Shown here: piece after piece, positions 8,971 through 17,022 of the stretch
Layout: every line of letters starts with the position of its first letter
Numbering within the stretch: the stretch's first letter is position 1
Assembly (NCBI GenBank): GCA_017958225.1
Contig: JAGDDD010000003.1
Coordinates: 8,752-72,751 of the forward strand
From: Alphaproteobacteria bacterium
GTDB taxonomy: Bacteria; Pseudomonadota; Alphaproteobacteria; CAAHEQ01; UBA3637
Direction of reading: 5' to 3'
DNA length: 64,000 nucleotides
Notes under the pieces: model-generated
Database searches by the model: none
Told to the model about the DNA's origin: nothing
Seen by the model: the letters and a program-made list of their open reading frames with translations, nothing else
Position numbers and translations under genes: made by a program

Positions 8971-11028
8971 ATGTTGATAAAAGAGACTCCAGAACCGACA
9001 ACCGTTCAATTTGTTTTGACACGCGAAGGCGTGCAGATTCCTTTTGATAAGGAAAAGATTGTCAAAGCGATTGATAAAGCGGGCCAGGCGACCGGCGAAT
9101 TCGGGCTGGACGAATCGCGCACCATTGCCGATTCTGTGGTTAAAGTCTTGTCTCATCGCTTTAACGGGCAGCAGATTCCCACCGTCGAACAGATACAAGA
9201 TATAGTGGAGCAGGAGTTGATCTCTGCCAACTATTTCCAGACCGCGCGCGCGTATATCGTTTATCGTGAGAAACGTTCCGTCAATCGTCAGGACCGGCAA
9301 GCCCTGGTGGATGTAACTGCTTCAATCAACGAATACTTGGATCGGTCCGATTGGCGTGTGCGTGCCAATGCGAATCAGGGCTATTCTTTGGGTGGCTTGA
9401 TTTTGAACATTTCCGGCAAGATGATTGCGAACTATTGGCTCAATCATATTTACCCGCGTGAAGTCGGCGAAGCGCACCGCGTAGGCGATTATCATATTCA
9501 CGATTTGGATATGTTGTCCGGTTACTGCGCCGGTTGGTCTTTGAAGACCTTGTTGCGCGAAGGCTTTAACGGTGTGCCGAACAAGACAGAGTCCAAGCCG
9601 CCGCGTCATTTGGTGTCCGCTTTCAGCCAGATGGTCAATTTCTTGGGCACATTGCAAAATGAGTGGGCCGGCGCGCAGGCGTTTTCTTCTGCCGACACCT
9701 ATTTAGCCCCGTTTGTGCGCTTGGAAAAGTTGTCGTTTGACGAGGTCAAACAGGCGATGCAGTCCTTTATCTTTAACTTGAACGTGCCTTCACGTTGGGG
9801 AACGCAAACGCCCTTTACCAACTTGACATTTGACTGGACATGCCCGCCTGATTTGGCTAATGAGCATCCTGTGGTCGCCGGCGCAACGCAGTCCTTTACC
9901 TATGGCGAATTGCAAGACGAAATGGATATGATCAACCGTGCGTTCTTGGAAGTGATGGCCGAAGGCGATGCGAAGGGGCGTCCCTTTACTTTCCCGATCC
10001 CGACTTACAATATTACGCAAACTTTCCCGTGGGATTCCAAGAATATCGACCTGTTGTTTGAAATGACAGCCAAATATGGTTTGCCTTATTTTACCAACTA
10101 TATCAACACAGGCAAGAGCCCGTCGGAAACGCGTTCCATGTGCTGTCGTTTGAGCCTGGATTTGAACCAGTTAAAACGTCGTGGCGGTGGTTTGTTCGGC
10201 TCTGTGGAGCAGACCGGCTCGCTGGGCGTGGTGACCTTGAACTGCGCACGCTTGGGTTATTTGTATAAAGGCGACGAAAAAGCCTTGATGACGCGTTTGG
10301 ATGAGTTATTGAACTTGGCAAAAACGTCTTTGGAAATCAAACGCAAAACAATTCAAAAGCACCTGGACAACGGCTTGTTCCCCTATACGCGGCGTTATTT
10401 GGGCACTTTGCGCAATCACTTTTCAACGATCGGGGTCAATGGTATCAACGAAATGATTCGCAACTTTACCAACGATCAGCACAATATAACGGATAAGGAA
10501 GGGCAGGCGATGGCCTTGCGTTTCTTAGACCACATCCGTGAAAAAATGTTGCAGTTCCAAGAGGAAACGCAAAATATGTATAATTTGGAAGCGACGCCGG
10601 CCGAAGGCACAACTTATCGGTTTGCGCGCGAAGACCAAAAGCGGTATCCGGATATTATTCAGGCCGGCACGCATGAGGCCCCTTATTATACGAATTCAAG
10701 CCAACTGCCTGTGAATTATTCGGACGATCCGTATGAAGTGCTTGAATTGCAGGATCAACTGCAAGCCAAATATACGGGGGGAACGGTTCTGCACTTGTAT
10801 ATGAACGAGCGCATTTCCAGTGCGAAAGTTTGCAAGGAGTTTGTCAGAAAGGTTTTGGAAAACTATCATGTTCCTTACCTTTCTATTACCCCGGTATTTT
10901 CGATTTGTCCTGTCCACGGATATATTGCGGGCGCCTATAAGTTCTGCCCGAAATGCGACGAAGAGAAAATTGCCGAAAAGCAGAAAAAATTAGCACAAAC
11001 CACTAACAATGAAGGAGATAAAAAATGA
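8971..11028 (+). CDS. nrdD: anaerobic ribonucleoside-triphosphate reductase (class III), large chain lacking the glycyl-radical tail
   Basis: 685 aa with an N-terminal ATP-cone (VQFVLTREGVQIPFDKEKIVKAI...YIVYREKR). The catalytic core motifs include SMCCRL and NLEATPAEG. A C-terminal Zn-ribbon-like CPVHG...CPKC is present, but no RxxGY glycyl-radical motif. Confidence 0.93.
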   Translation: MLIKETPEPTTVQFVLTREGVQIPFDKEKIVKAIDKAGQATGEFGLDESRTIADSVVKVLSHRFNGQQIPTVEQIQDIVEQELISANYFQTARAYIVYREKRSVNRQDRQALVDVTASINEYLDRSDWRVRANANQGYSLGGLILNISGKMIANYWLNHIYPREVGEAHRVGDYHIHDLDMLSGYCAGWSLKTLLREGFNGVPNKTESKPPRHLVSAFSQMVNFLGTLQNEWAGAQAFSSADTYLAPFVRLEKLSFDEVKQAMQSFIFNLNVPSRWGTQTPFTNLTFDWTCPPDLANEHPVVAGATQSFTYGELQDEMDMINRAFLEVMAEGDAKGRPFTFPIPTYNITQTFPWDSKNIDLLFEMTAKYGLPYFTNYINTGKSPSETRSMCCRLSLDLNQLKRRGGGLFGSVEQTGSLGVVTLNCARLGYLYKGDEKALMTRLDELLNLAKTSLEIKRKTIQKHLDNGLFPYTRRYLGTLRNHFSTIGVNGINEMIRNFTNDQHNITDKEGQAMALRFLDHIREKMLQFQEETQNMYNLEATPAEGTTYRFAREDQKRYPDIIQAGTHEAPYYTNSSQLPVNYSDDPYEVLELQDQLQAKYTGGTVLHLYMNERISSAKVCKEFVRKVLENYHVPYLSITPVFSICPVHGYIAGAYKFCPKCDEEKIAEKQKKLAQTTNNEGDKK

Positions 11029-11216
11029 ATGCACAAATCGAAGTTTTACTCAGTGACGACGAACGCCAACCGGTTGAATGCTGGACACGCGTGATGGGTT
11101 ATTTCCGTCCCGTTTCTCACTTCAACAAAGGCAAACAAAGCGAATATGCCGAACGCGTGTGGTTCACAGAAGCCAAAGCCATGGCGGCGACATCTTGTGC
11201 ATGTGCGGCTAACTGA
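11025..11216 (+). CDS. stand-alone glycyl-radical domain of class III RNR (63 aa)
   Basis: It contains TRVMGYFRPVSHFNKGKQSEYAERVWF, the canonical NrdD C-terminal glycyl-radical motif. Its ATG overlaps the nrdD TGA (ATGA). AAGGAG (11012-11017) lies 7 nt upstream. Confidence 0.8.
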   Translation: MNAQIEVLLSDDERQPVECWTRVMGYFRPVSHFNKGKQSEYAERVWFTEAKAMAATSCACAAN

Positions 11217-11923
11217 TGAACATCGGCGGTTTTGTCCCTTTTACGACTATAGATTTTCCGGATAAAATCTCAGCCGTCGTTTTTTGCCAGGGGTGCCCTT
11301 TTCGGTGCCCCTTTTGTCACAACCACTCGTTACAGGTGGTGGGTGCGCCGGGCATGGAAAACTGGTCAGATATTTTACAGGTCTTATCAAAACGTCGTAA
11401 CCTGTTGGACGGTGTTGTGTTTAGCGGGGGAGAGCCTTTGTGGCAAGACGATATTTTGGATGCAGTCAAGCAGGTCAAGGATATGGGCTTTGCGGTGGCG
11501 CTTCACACCTCGGGCGTGCGACCGGATGTGTTAAAGACGCTGTTGCCTTTTGTCGATTGGATTGGACTGGATGTCAAAGCGCCTTTGGCCAAATATGCGC
11601 AGGCGTCCGGCACGCAACCGGCCTTTAAGGCGGGCGACAAAATGTGGGAATCGTTGGCGTTGATACAGCAAGCCGGCGTGCCTTTTGAAACGCGCACAAC
11701 CACCGATCCGCGCCTGTTGTCCAAAGAGGATATTTTGCAAATGGCCGAGCAGTTGAAAGAAAAGGGCGTGCAGACCTATGTCCTGCAGGAATATCGCCCG
11801 ATTTCCGATGGCAACGGCGAGCCGAGCAGCGCTCAAATTAGTGCTTTCTATACGGACAAGGCTTTCCTGGATAAATTACAAAATCTTTTCCCGCATTTTA
11901 GTGTGCGTCGTGCGCATGAATGA
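11216..11923 (+). CDS. nrdG: anaerobic ribonucleotide reductase activating protein (radical SAM)
   Basis: 235 aa with the CxxxCxxC cluster GCPFRCPFCHN and the GGEPL motif. It overlaps the upstream stop by 1 nt. Confidence 0.9.
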   Translation: MNIGGFVPFTTIDFPDKISAVVFCQGCPFRCPFCHNHSLQVVGAPGMENWSDILQVLSKRRNLLDGVVFSGGEPLWQDDILDAVKQVKDMGFAVALHTSGVRPDVLKTLLPFVDWIGLDVKAPLAKYAQASGTQPAFKAGDKMWESLALIQQAGVPFETRTTTDPRLLSKEDILQMAEQLKEKGVQTYVLQEYRPISDGNGEPSSAQISAFYTDKAFLDKLQNLFPHFSVRRAHE

Positions 11924-12001
11924 AAAAAGTTGTTGATTTAAACGTGCATGTATGATACAGATTTGTACAGGACAAAACTTAAACAAAAAGGAGAAAAAAC
12001 A

Positions 12002-12454
12002 ATGCTCAAAAAATCACAAATCGGTCGGTCAATGATTGAAATGTTAGGCGTTCTCGCCATTATCGGTGTGCTGTCCGTGGGCGGTTTAGCCGGTTATTCA
12101 CGGGCGATGCGCGCCAACAAAATGAATAATGCTTTGGATTACATGAATCGATGCTACACAGTTGTGCGTAGTATTGGTGATGGTATGTCTGCCTTAGATG
12201 CAAATGGTGCCCCGGCAGCGTCAGCAGGCAGCATTACCTGCTCTACTTTATTGGGCGAAACAGCCCCTCAAGGCAGTAATACGGATGTTTGTAAGCGCAG
12301 AGCTGGAGGCCGAACTGGATGTGAAATAGGTTGGACTTCAGAGGCAGATTTGAATGCGATGGCGAGTAAGGTGGGCATTAGCACCCTACAGGGCTCGTAT
12401 TTTTCGTTTGATTCAAATAATATGCAATGGAGTAACGAACATCTCGGCTTCTAA
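12002..12454 (+). CDS. type IV pilin-like protein (prepilin-type N-terminus)
   Basis: The ATG at 12002 follows AAAGGAG. The N-terminus is MLKKSQIG/RSMIEMLGVLAIIGVLSVGGLAGY: a short basic leader, Gly, Glu at +5, and a helix of about 20 hydrophobic residues. The C-terminal region has 4 Cys. Confidence 0.7.
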   Translation: MLKKSQIGRSMIEMLGVLAIIGVLSVGGLAGYSRAMRANKMNNALDYMNRCYTVVRSIGDGMSALDANGAPAASAGSITCSTLLGETAPQGSNTDVCKRRAGGRTGCEIGWTSEADLNAMASKVGISTLQGSYFSFDSNNMQWSNEHLGF

Positions 12455-12462
12455 TCAACATT

Positions 12463-12488
12463 AAAGCCACCGCAAAGGTGGCTTTTTG
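12463..12488 (+). terminator. rho-independent terminator
   Basis: AAAGCCACC-GCAAA-GGTGGCTTT followed by TTT, 9 nt after the stop codon. Confidence 0.7.
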
Positions 12489-12614
12489 CACGGGCGGTAG
12501 GATTGTAAATTGCGAGGCAATTTATCCTGCGCTGAAGCTTGGACTGCCCTGCGGGCATCCGTTCGTTTCACTCACGAGCGAACATAGGTTTGTTCACCGC
12601 GCCACCATAAACAA

Positions 12615-12650
12615 CAAAAAAATCCGCCCATAAAGGACGGACTTTTTTTA
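12615..12650 (-). terminator. terminator candidate after tRNA-Asn
   Basis: The minus strand reads AAAAAAAGTCCGTCC-TTTAT-GGGCGGATTTTTTT. The stem has one mismatch and a T-run follows. Confidence 0.45.
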
Positions 12651-12651
12651 T

Positions 12652-12726
12652 TGGCTCTGGCGGTAGGATTCGAACCTACGACCGATCGGTTAACAGCCGA
12701 TAGCTCTACCGCTGAGCTACGCCAGA
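12652..12726 (-). tRNA. tRNA-Asn (GTT)
   Basis: The reverse complement folds as a cloverleaf. The acceptor stem is TCTGGCG/CGCCAGA, the anticodon loop is CTGTTAA, the T-arm is GTAGGTTCGAATCCTAC, and CCA is encoded. Confidence 0.93.
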
Positions 12727-12777
12727 ACAGAATATCAACACTTATACACACTTTTTGCGGAAAATGCAAGTGTTTTT

Positions 12778-12852
12778 TGGAGGCCGGTACCGGAATTGAA
12801 CCGATATAAAAGGATTTGCAGTCCTCTGCATAAGCCATTCTGCCAACCGGCC
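12778..12852 (-). tRNA. tRNA-Cys (GCA)
   Basis: On the reverse complement the acceptor stem is GGCCGGT/ACCGGCC, the anticodon stem-loop is GAGGA-CTGCAAA-TCCTT, the T-loop is GGTTCAATTCC, and CCA is encoded. Confidence 0.93.
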
Positions 12853-12969
12853 GCGTAGTTATCTTTTTTACCATTTTTTTTGAAAAGGTCAAGAAAAAAA
12901 TCTTTTTTTGCTAAAAAAGTTTTACTTTTTGCCAAAAATGCCCTATAACAATATTATCGCGAGGAAACA

Positions 12970-14331
12970 ATGTTGATACGAAAAATAATCGCCTATACAG
13001 TGTTAGGCCTGTGGGCCGCCGGAGCCAGTGCTACCACTTTGTTTGATGAGCTGGCTTATACCTATGCGACCAGCCCTATATTAGACGCACAACGCGCTTA
13101 TTTGCGTGCGGCTGATGAACGCGTCGGACAGGCGAAAGCCGGTTGGCGCCCTATGATTTCTGCGGAAGGTAACGCTGCGCACATCGGTCAAAAATACAAA
13201 AATTATCCCAATACGGAAAACTTTGATTATGACAACACCAGTTATGACGCGGGCCTCGTGGTTTCTCAACAGATTTTTTCCGGCTTTCAGACCGTTGCCA
13301 GTGTGAATTATGCCAAGACGGTCGTGTTGGAAGAAAGAGAGAAAATGCAGGCCACGGAACAGGATGTTTTATTGACTGCCGCGGTGGCTTATGCCGATGT
13401 TATCCGCGATCGTGCCTTGCTTGATTTGCAAGTCAATCAAGAGCAAGTGTTGGCGCGGCATTTGAAATCTTATCAAAAACGCTTCAAAGTCGGCGATTTG
13501 ACCCGCACAGATGTGGCGCAGGCCGAAGCGCGTTTGTCAGGGGCGAAAACCGCGCGCACCATAGCGCAAGGTAACCTGGAAAGTTCGATTGCTGTTTATG
13601 AAAATGTGGTCGGTCGCAAGCCGAACGACATTGCTAAAATCGATCACTTGGATGACCTGTTGCCCAAAGATTTTGATGCGGCGGTGCGCTTGATGGAAGA
13701 AAACAACCCGAACTTGAAGGCGGCTCAATATGCCGAACAGGCGGCCAAATATCAAATCACGCGTCAAGAAAGCGACTTGTTGCCCAAAGTGGATGTGTCC
13801 GCCGGTGCCGGTTACCAATGGGGACAGCCTTTGCCGGCCTTGGATGATAAATATGACGGGCAATATTGGCGTGTCGGTGCGCGTTTGTCTGTGCCTTTGT
13901 ATCAGGGCGGTGGCGAATATGCCCGTGTGCGTGAGGCAAAACAATTGGCCAATCAAGCCACTATTTTGTTAGAACAAACAAAACGTCAGTTGTTGCAGGA
14001 TACTACGCAAGCTTGGGAATTGTGGCAATCTTCCAAAGCTTCTATTGTGTCAATGCAGGCGCAAATCAAGGCGGCTAAAATGGCCTTGGACGGCGTGATT
14101 AAAGAGGCTAATGTCGGCTCTAGAACGGTGCTGGATGTGTTGGACGCCGAACAGGAACATCTGAACTATCAGGTCAATCTGGTAATTGCGGAACGTAACG
14201 AAATGGTGGCGGCGATGAGTTTGTTGTCATCGACGGGGCAAATGACGGCGGCCGGCCTAGGCTTGAAAGTGGATGCCTATGATCCGGAAGAATATTACGA
14301 CGATGTGAACGACAAGTGGATTGGATTGTAA
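12970..14331 (+). CDS. tolC: TolC-family outer membrane efflux/type I secretion protein
   Basis: 453 aa with a signal peptide (LGLWAAGASA). It shows the two-repeat OEP architecture and typical blocks (AQRAYLRAADE..., DVAQAEARLSGA, VLDVLDAEQE). Confidence 0.88.
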   Translation: MLIRKIIAYTVLGLWAAGASATTLFDELAYTYATSPILDAQRAYLRAADERVGQAKAGWRPMISAEGNAAHIGQKYKNYPNTENFDYDNTSYDAGLVVSQQIFSGFQTVASVNYAKTVVLEEREKMQATEQDVLLTAAVAYADVIRDRALLDLQVNQEQVLARHLKSYQKRFKVGDLTRTDVAQAEARLSGAKTARTIAQGNLESSIAVYENVVGRKPNDIAKIDHLDDLLPKDFDAAVRLMEENNPNLKAAQYAEQAAKYQITRQESDLLPKVDVSAGAGYQWGQPLPALDDKYDGQYWRVGARLSVPLYQGGGEYARVREAKQLANQATILLEQTKRQLLQDTTQAWELWQSSKASIVSMQAQIKAAKMALDGVIKEANVGSRTVLDVLDAEQEHLNYQVNLVIAERNEMVAAMSLLSSTGQMTAAGLGLKVDAYDPEEYYDDVNDKWIGL

Positions 14332-14332
14332 G

Positions 14333-14818
14333 ATGATTGAGCAGCAACCCTCTATGGATGAAATCTTAGCCTCTATTCGACGCATCTTGTCGCCGGAAGA
14401 AGCAGACGCTCAAGCGGGACAGCAGCCGCCTGTGGTTGAATTGACCGAGGATATGTGCGTTCCTTCCGAAGCGCCGGCCGCCGAAATGGTTGAGCCTGTG
14501 GCAGAAGATGTGGCGCCTGCGATAGCCGAGCCGGAGCCTGCTGTGTTGCCGGATGATGTCACGGCGTTAGATTTGCCCGAGCACATTACCTTTACCGAAG
14601 ATGAGTTCTTCAAACAAGAGCCTGTGGCCGACAAGACCTATGCTGCCCCTGTGGAAGAGCCTCCGTCTTGCGATGTATCGTCGCCGGCGGATTCTGTTTT
14701 GTTGGCGGTGTTGCGACCCTTGTTGCGTGAGTGGCTGGATAAGAATATGCCCCGTTTATTAGAACGTTGTATCCAGCAAGAATTGAAGAAGGAACGCCAT
14801 GGCTCGTCGTCTTTCTGA
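14333..14818 (+). CDS. DUF2497 / PopZ-like protein
   Basis: The N-terminal block is SMDEILASIRRILSPEE. An acidic Pro/Ala/Glu-rich linker follows. The C-terminal block is LLAVLRPLLREWLDKNMPRLLERCIQQELKK. The ATG at 14333 lies 1 nt after the tolC stop. Confidence 0.65.
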   Translation: MIEQQPSMDEILASIRRILSPEEADAQAGQQPPVVELTEDMCVPSEAPAAEMVEPVAEDVAPAIAEPEPAVLPDDVTALDLPEHITFTEDEFFKQEPVADKTYAAPVEEPPSCDVSSPADSVLLAVLRPLLREWLDKNMPRLLERCIQQELKKERHGSSSF

Positions 14819-15800
14819 TTTTGAAAAGCGTTTGTTGCGCAAAGCTGCGGCGGCCAAGAAAACAATCGTTTTGGCCGAAGGAGAATCGATTCGTGTGTTG
14901 AAAGCTGCCGAATATTTGGGCGCGCATCGTATCGTCTCGGTCATTGTGTTGGGCAGTAAAAAAGTTATTCGCGCGTTGGCGAAAAAAAACAAGATTGCTT
15001 TGGACCATATTGCGATTGTGGAGCCCGAAACCGACAAGCGTTTTGCTGACTATGTCCAAACATTATATGACCTGCGCAAAGACAAAGGTTGGACTAAAAA
15101 GCAAGCGACAGACGCGATGAAAGATGTGTCCTATTTCGGCACGATGATGGTGTATAAAAAGGATGCGGATGGTATGGTCTCCGGTGCCGAACACACGACC
15201 GCGCACACTATTCGGCCGGCGTTACAGTTTATCAAGCCGCGTGCGCCTTTTCAGTTCGTGTCCGGCTCGTTTATTTTGAACTTTCAGAAAAAGATTTGGG
15301 TGTTTGCTGATTGTGGCGTGATGCCTCAGCCGACACCGGATCAATTGGCGGATATTGCGCAAATGACAGCACAAACAGCCCAATTGATTGGCTTAAAACC
15401 GCGTGTGGCCTTTTTATCTTATGCGACGGGTTCTTCTGCCGAAGGGCCTTGCGTAGATTTTGTGCGGACAGCGGTGGCGTTGGCTCGGAAGAAATATCCG
15501 CAATTGGTTGTGGACGGGCCGATGCAGTTTGATGCGGCGGTAAATAAGGAAACCGGCGAACGCAAGTTGCCGGACAGCCCTGTTGCTGGTCGTGCCAATG
15601 TATTTGTTTTCCCTGATTTGAACGCGGGCAATTGTTGTTATAAAGCAGTCCAGCAGTCGGCAAAAGATTGTTTGGCCTTGGGCCCCTTGTTGCAGGGATT
15701 GAAAAAACCGGTCAATGATTTATCGCGAGGCGCTACCATACCGGATATTATAGATACCGTCGCCTTTACAGCATTAAGTGCGACACAGATGAAGGAGTAA
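14799..15800 (+). CDS. pta: phosphate acetyltransferase (short form)
   Basis: 333 aa. TIVLAEGESIRVLKAAEYL, VSGAEHTTAHTIRPAL and the C-terminal NDLSRGATIPDI are typical of the PTA_PTB family. It lies directly upstream of ackA. Confidence 0.9.
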   Translation: MARRLSDFEKRLLRKAAAAKKTIVLAEGESIRVLKAAEYLGAHRIVSVIVLGSKKVIRALAKKNKIALDHIAIVEPETDKRFADYVQTLYDLRKDKGWTKKQATDAMKDVSYFGTMMVYKKDADGMVSGAEHTTAHTIRPALQFIKPRAPFQFVSGSFILNFQKKIWVFADCGVMPQPTPDQLADIAQMTAQTAQLIGLKPRVAFLSYATGSSAEGPCVDFVRTAVALARKKYPQLVVDGPMQFDAAVNKETGERKLPDSPVAGRANVFVFPDLNAGNCCYKAVQQSAKDCLALGPLLQGLKKPVNDLSRGATIPDIIDTVAFTALSATQMKE

Positions 15801-15804
15801 TTTT

Positions 15805-17010
15805 ATGAAAATATTGGTTATCAATTGTGGCAGTTCTACCATTAAATATCAGTTGTTTGAAATGGACGGACAAAAGGTGTTGTGCAGCGGTTCTGCCGAA
15901 CGTATCGGTTTGCCGCAGGGCATTTTGACACACAAAAAATATCCGGGCACAGAGGCGCAAACAAAGTCCGTTTTTGATGAGCCGTTTAAAACACACGCCG
16001 ATGCGATGCAGCGTATTGTGCAGTTGATGCTGACAGGCGAAACGGCCGTTATTTCTGATGTGGCCGAAATCAAGGGCGTCGGACATCGTATTGTCCATGG
16101 CGGCTCGTTGTCTTCTACCGTTGAAGCGACCCCCGATGTGATAGAGACGGTCCGCAAATATATTCCCTTTGCGCCGATTCACAATCCGGCCTGTATTATG
16201 GGTATTGAAGTGGCGATGAAGTTTTTCCCGCAAGCCAAGCATGTGTGCGTGTTTGATACCGCCTTTCATCAGACCATGCCGCCGGAAGCGTTTGTCTATC
16301 CTGTGCCTTATGAGTGGTATGAAGAAAAAGGGGTGCGTAAGTATGGTTTCCATGGCACCAATCACAAGTATGTGACGCAACGCGTGGCCGCCTTGATGAA
16401 CAAGCCGGTTTCTGAGTGCAATTTCATCAGTTGCCATATCGGCTCCGGTGCTAGCATGGCCGCCATTAGAAATGGTAAGAGCATAGACACAACCATGGGT
16501 ATGACGCCTTTGGCGGGCCTGATGATGGGCACACGCTGCGGCGATATAGATGTGTCTGTCTTGGGCTTTTTAATGCGCAACACCAACTTGACGGCCGAAG
16601 ATATCGATACCATTTTGAACAAGCAAAGTGGCTTGACCGGTATTTGCGGTAAAAGCGATTTGCGCGATGTCCATGCACAGATCCAGGCGGGTGACGAAAA
16701 AGCGAAGTTGGCCTTGGATATGTTCGTGTATAGAATTAAAAGTTTTATCGGTGCTTACCTGGTCCAGTTAGGGCGTGTGGATGCGCTGATTTTTACCGCC
16801 GGCGTTGGTTTGAACGATTCCATCGTGCGCGCACGCGTGTTGGAAGGGTTAGAGCCTTTCGGCTTTATCTTGGATAAGCAGGCCAATGAAGAACGCGGTT
16901 ATGAACATAAAGTCATTTCTACAGACGCGTCCCCGATTAAAATCTATGTCGTGGAAGCCAATGAAGAATTGGCGATTGCACAAGAAACTCAACAATTACT
17001 TTCAAAATAG
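15805..17010 (+). CDS. ackA: acetate kinase
   Basis: 401 aa. MKILVINCGSSTIKYQLF, GHRIVHGG, FDTAFHQTMP, YGFHGTNHKY and GICGKSDLRD are classic AckA motifs. Confidence 0.96.
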   Translation: MKILVINCGSSTIKYQLFEMDGQKVLCSGSAERIGLPQGILTHKKYPGTEAQTKSVFDEPFKTHADAMQRIVQLMLTGETAVISDVAEIKGVGHRIVHGGSLSSTVEATPDVIETVRKYIPFAPIHNPACIMGIEVAMKFFPQAKHVCVFDTAFHQTMPPEAFVYPVPYEWYEEKGVRKYGFHGTNHKYVTQRVAALMNKPVSECNFISCHIGSGASMAAIRNGKSIDTTMGMTPLAGLMMGTRCGDIDVSVLGFLMRNTNLTAEDIDTILNKQSGLTGICGKSDLRDVHAQIQAGDEKAKLALDMFVYRIKSFIGAYLVQLGRVDALIFTAGVGLNDSIVRARVLEGLEPFGFILDKQANEERGYEHKVISTDASPIKIYVVEANEELAIAQETQQLLSK

Positions 17011-17022
17011 GAGATTATTCAT

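Noticed and set aside
12572-12935. ORFs of 106 aa and 66 aa on the - strand
   Set aside because: They run straight through tRNA-Asn and tRNA-Cys. The cloverleaves, anticodons and encoded CCA explain this region.
15766-16437. 223-aa ORF on the - strand
   Set aside because: It is antisense to ackA, which carries classic acetate kinase motifs.
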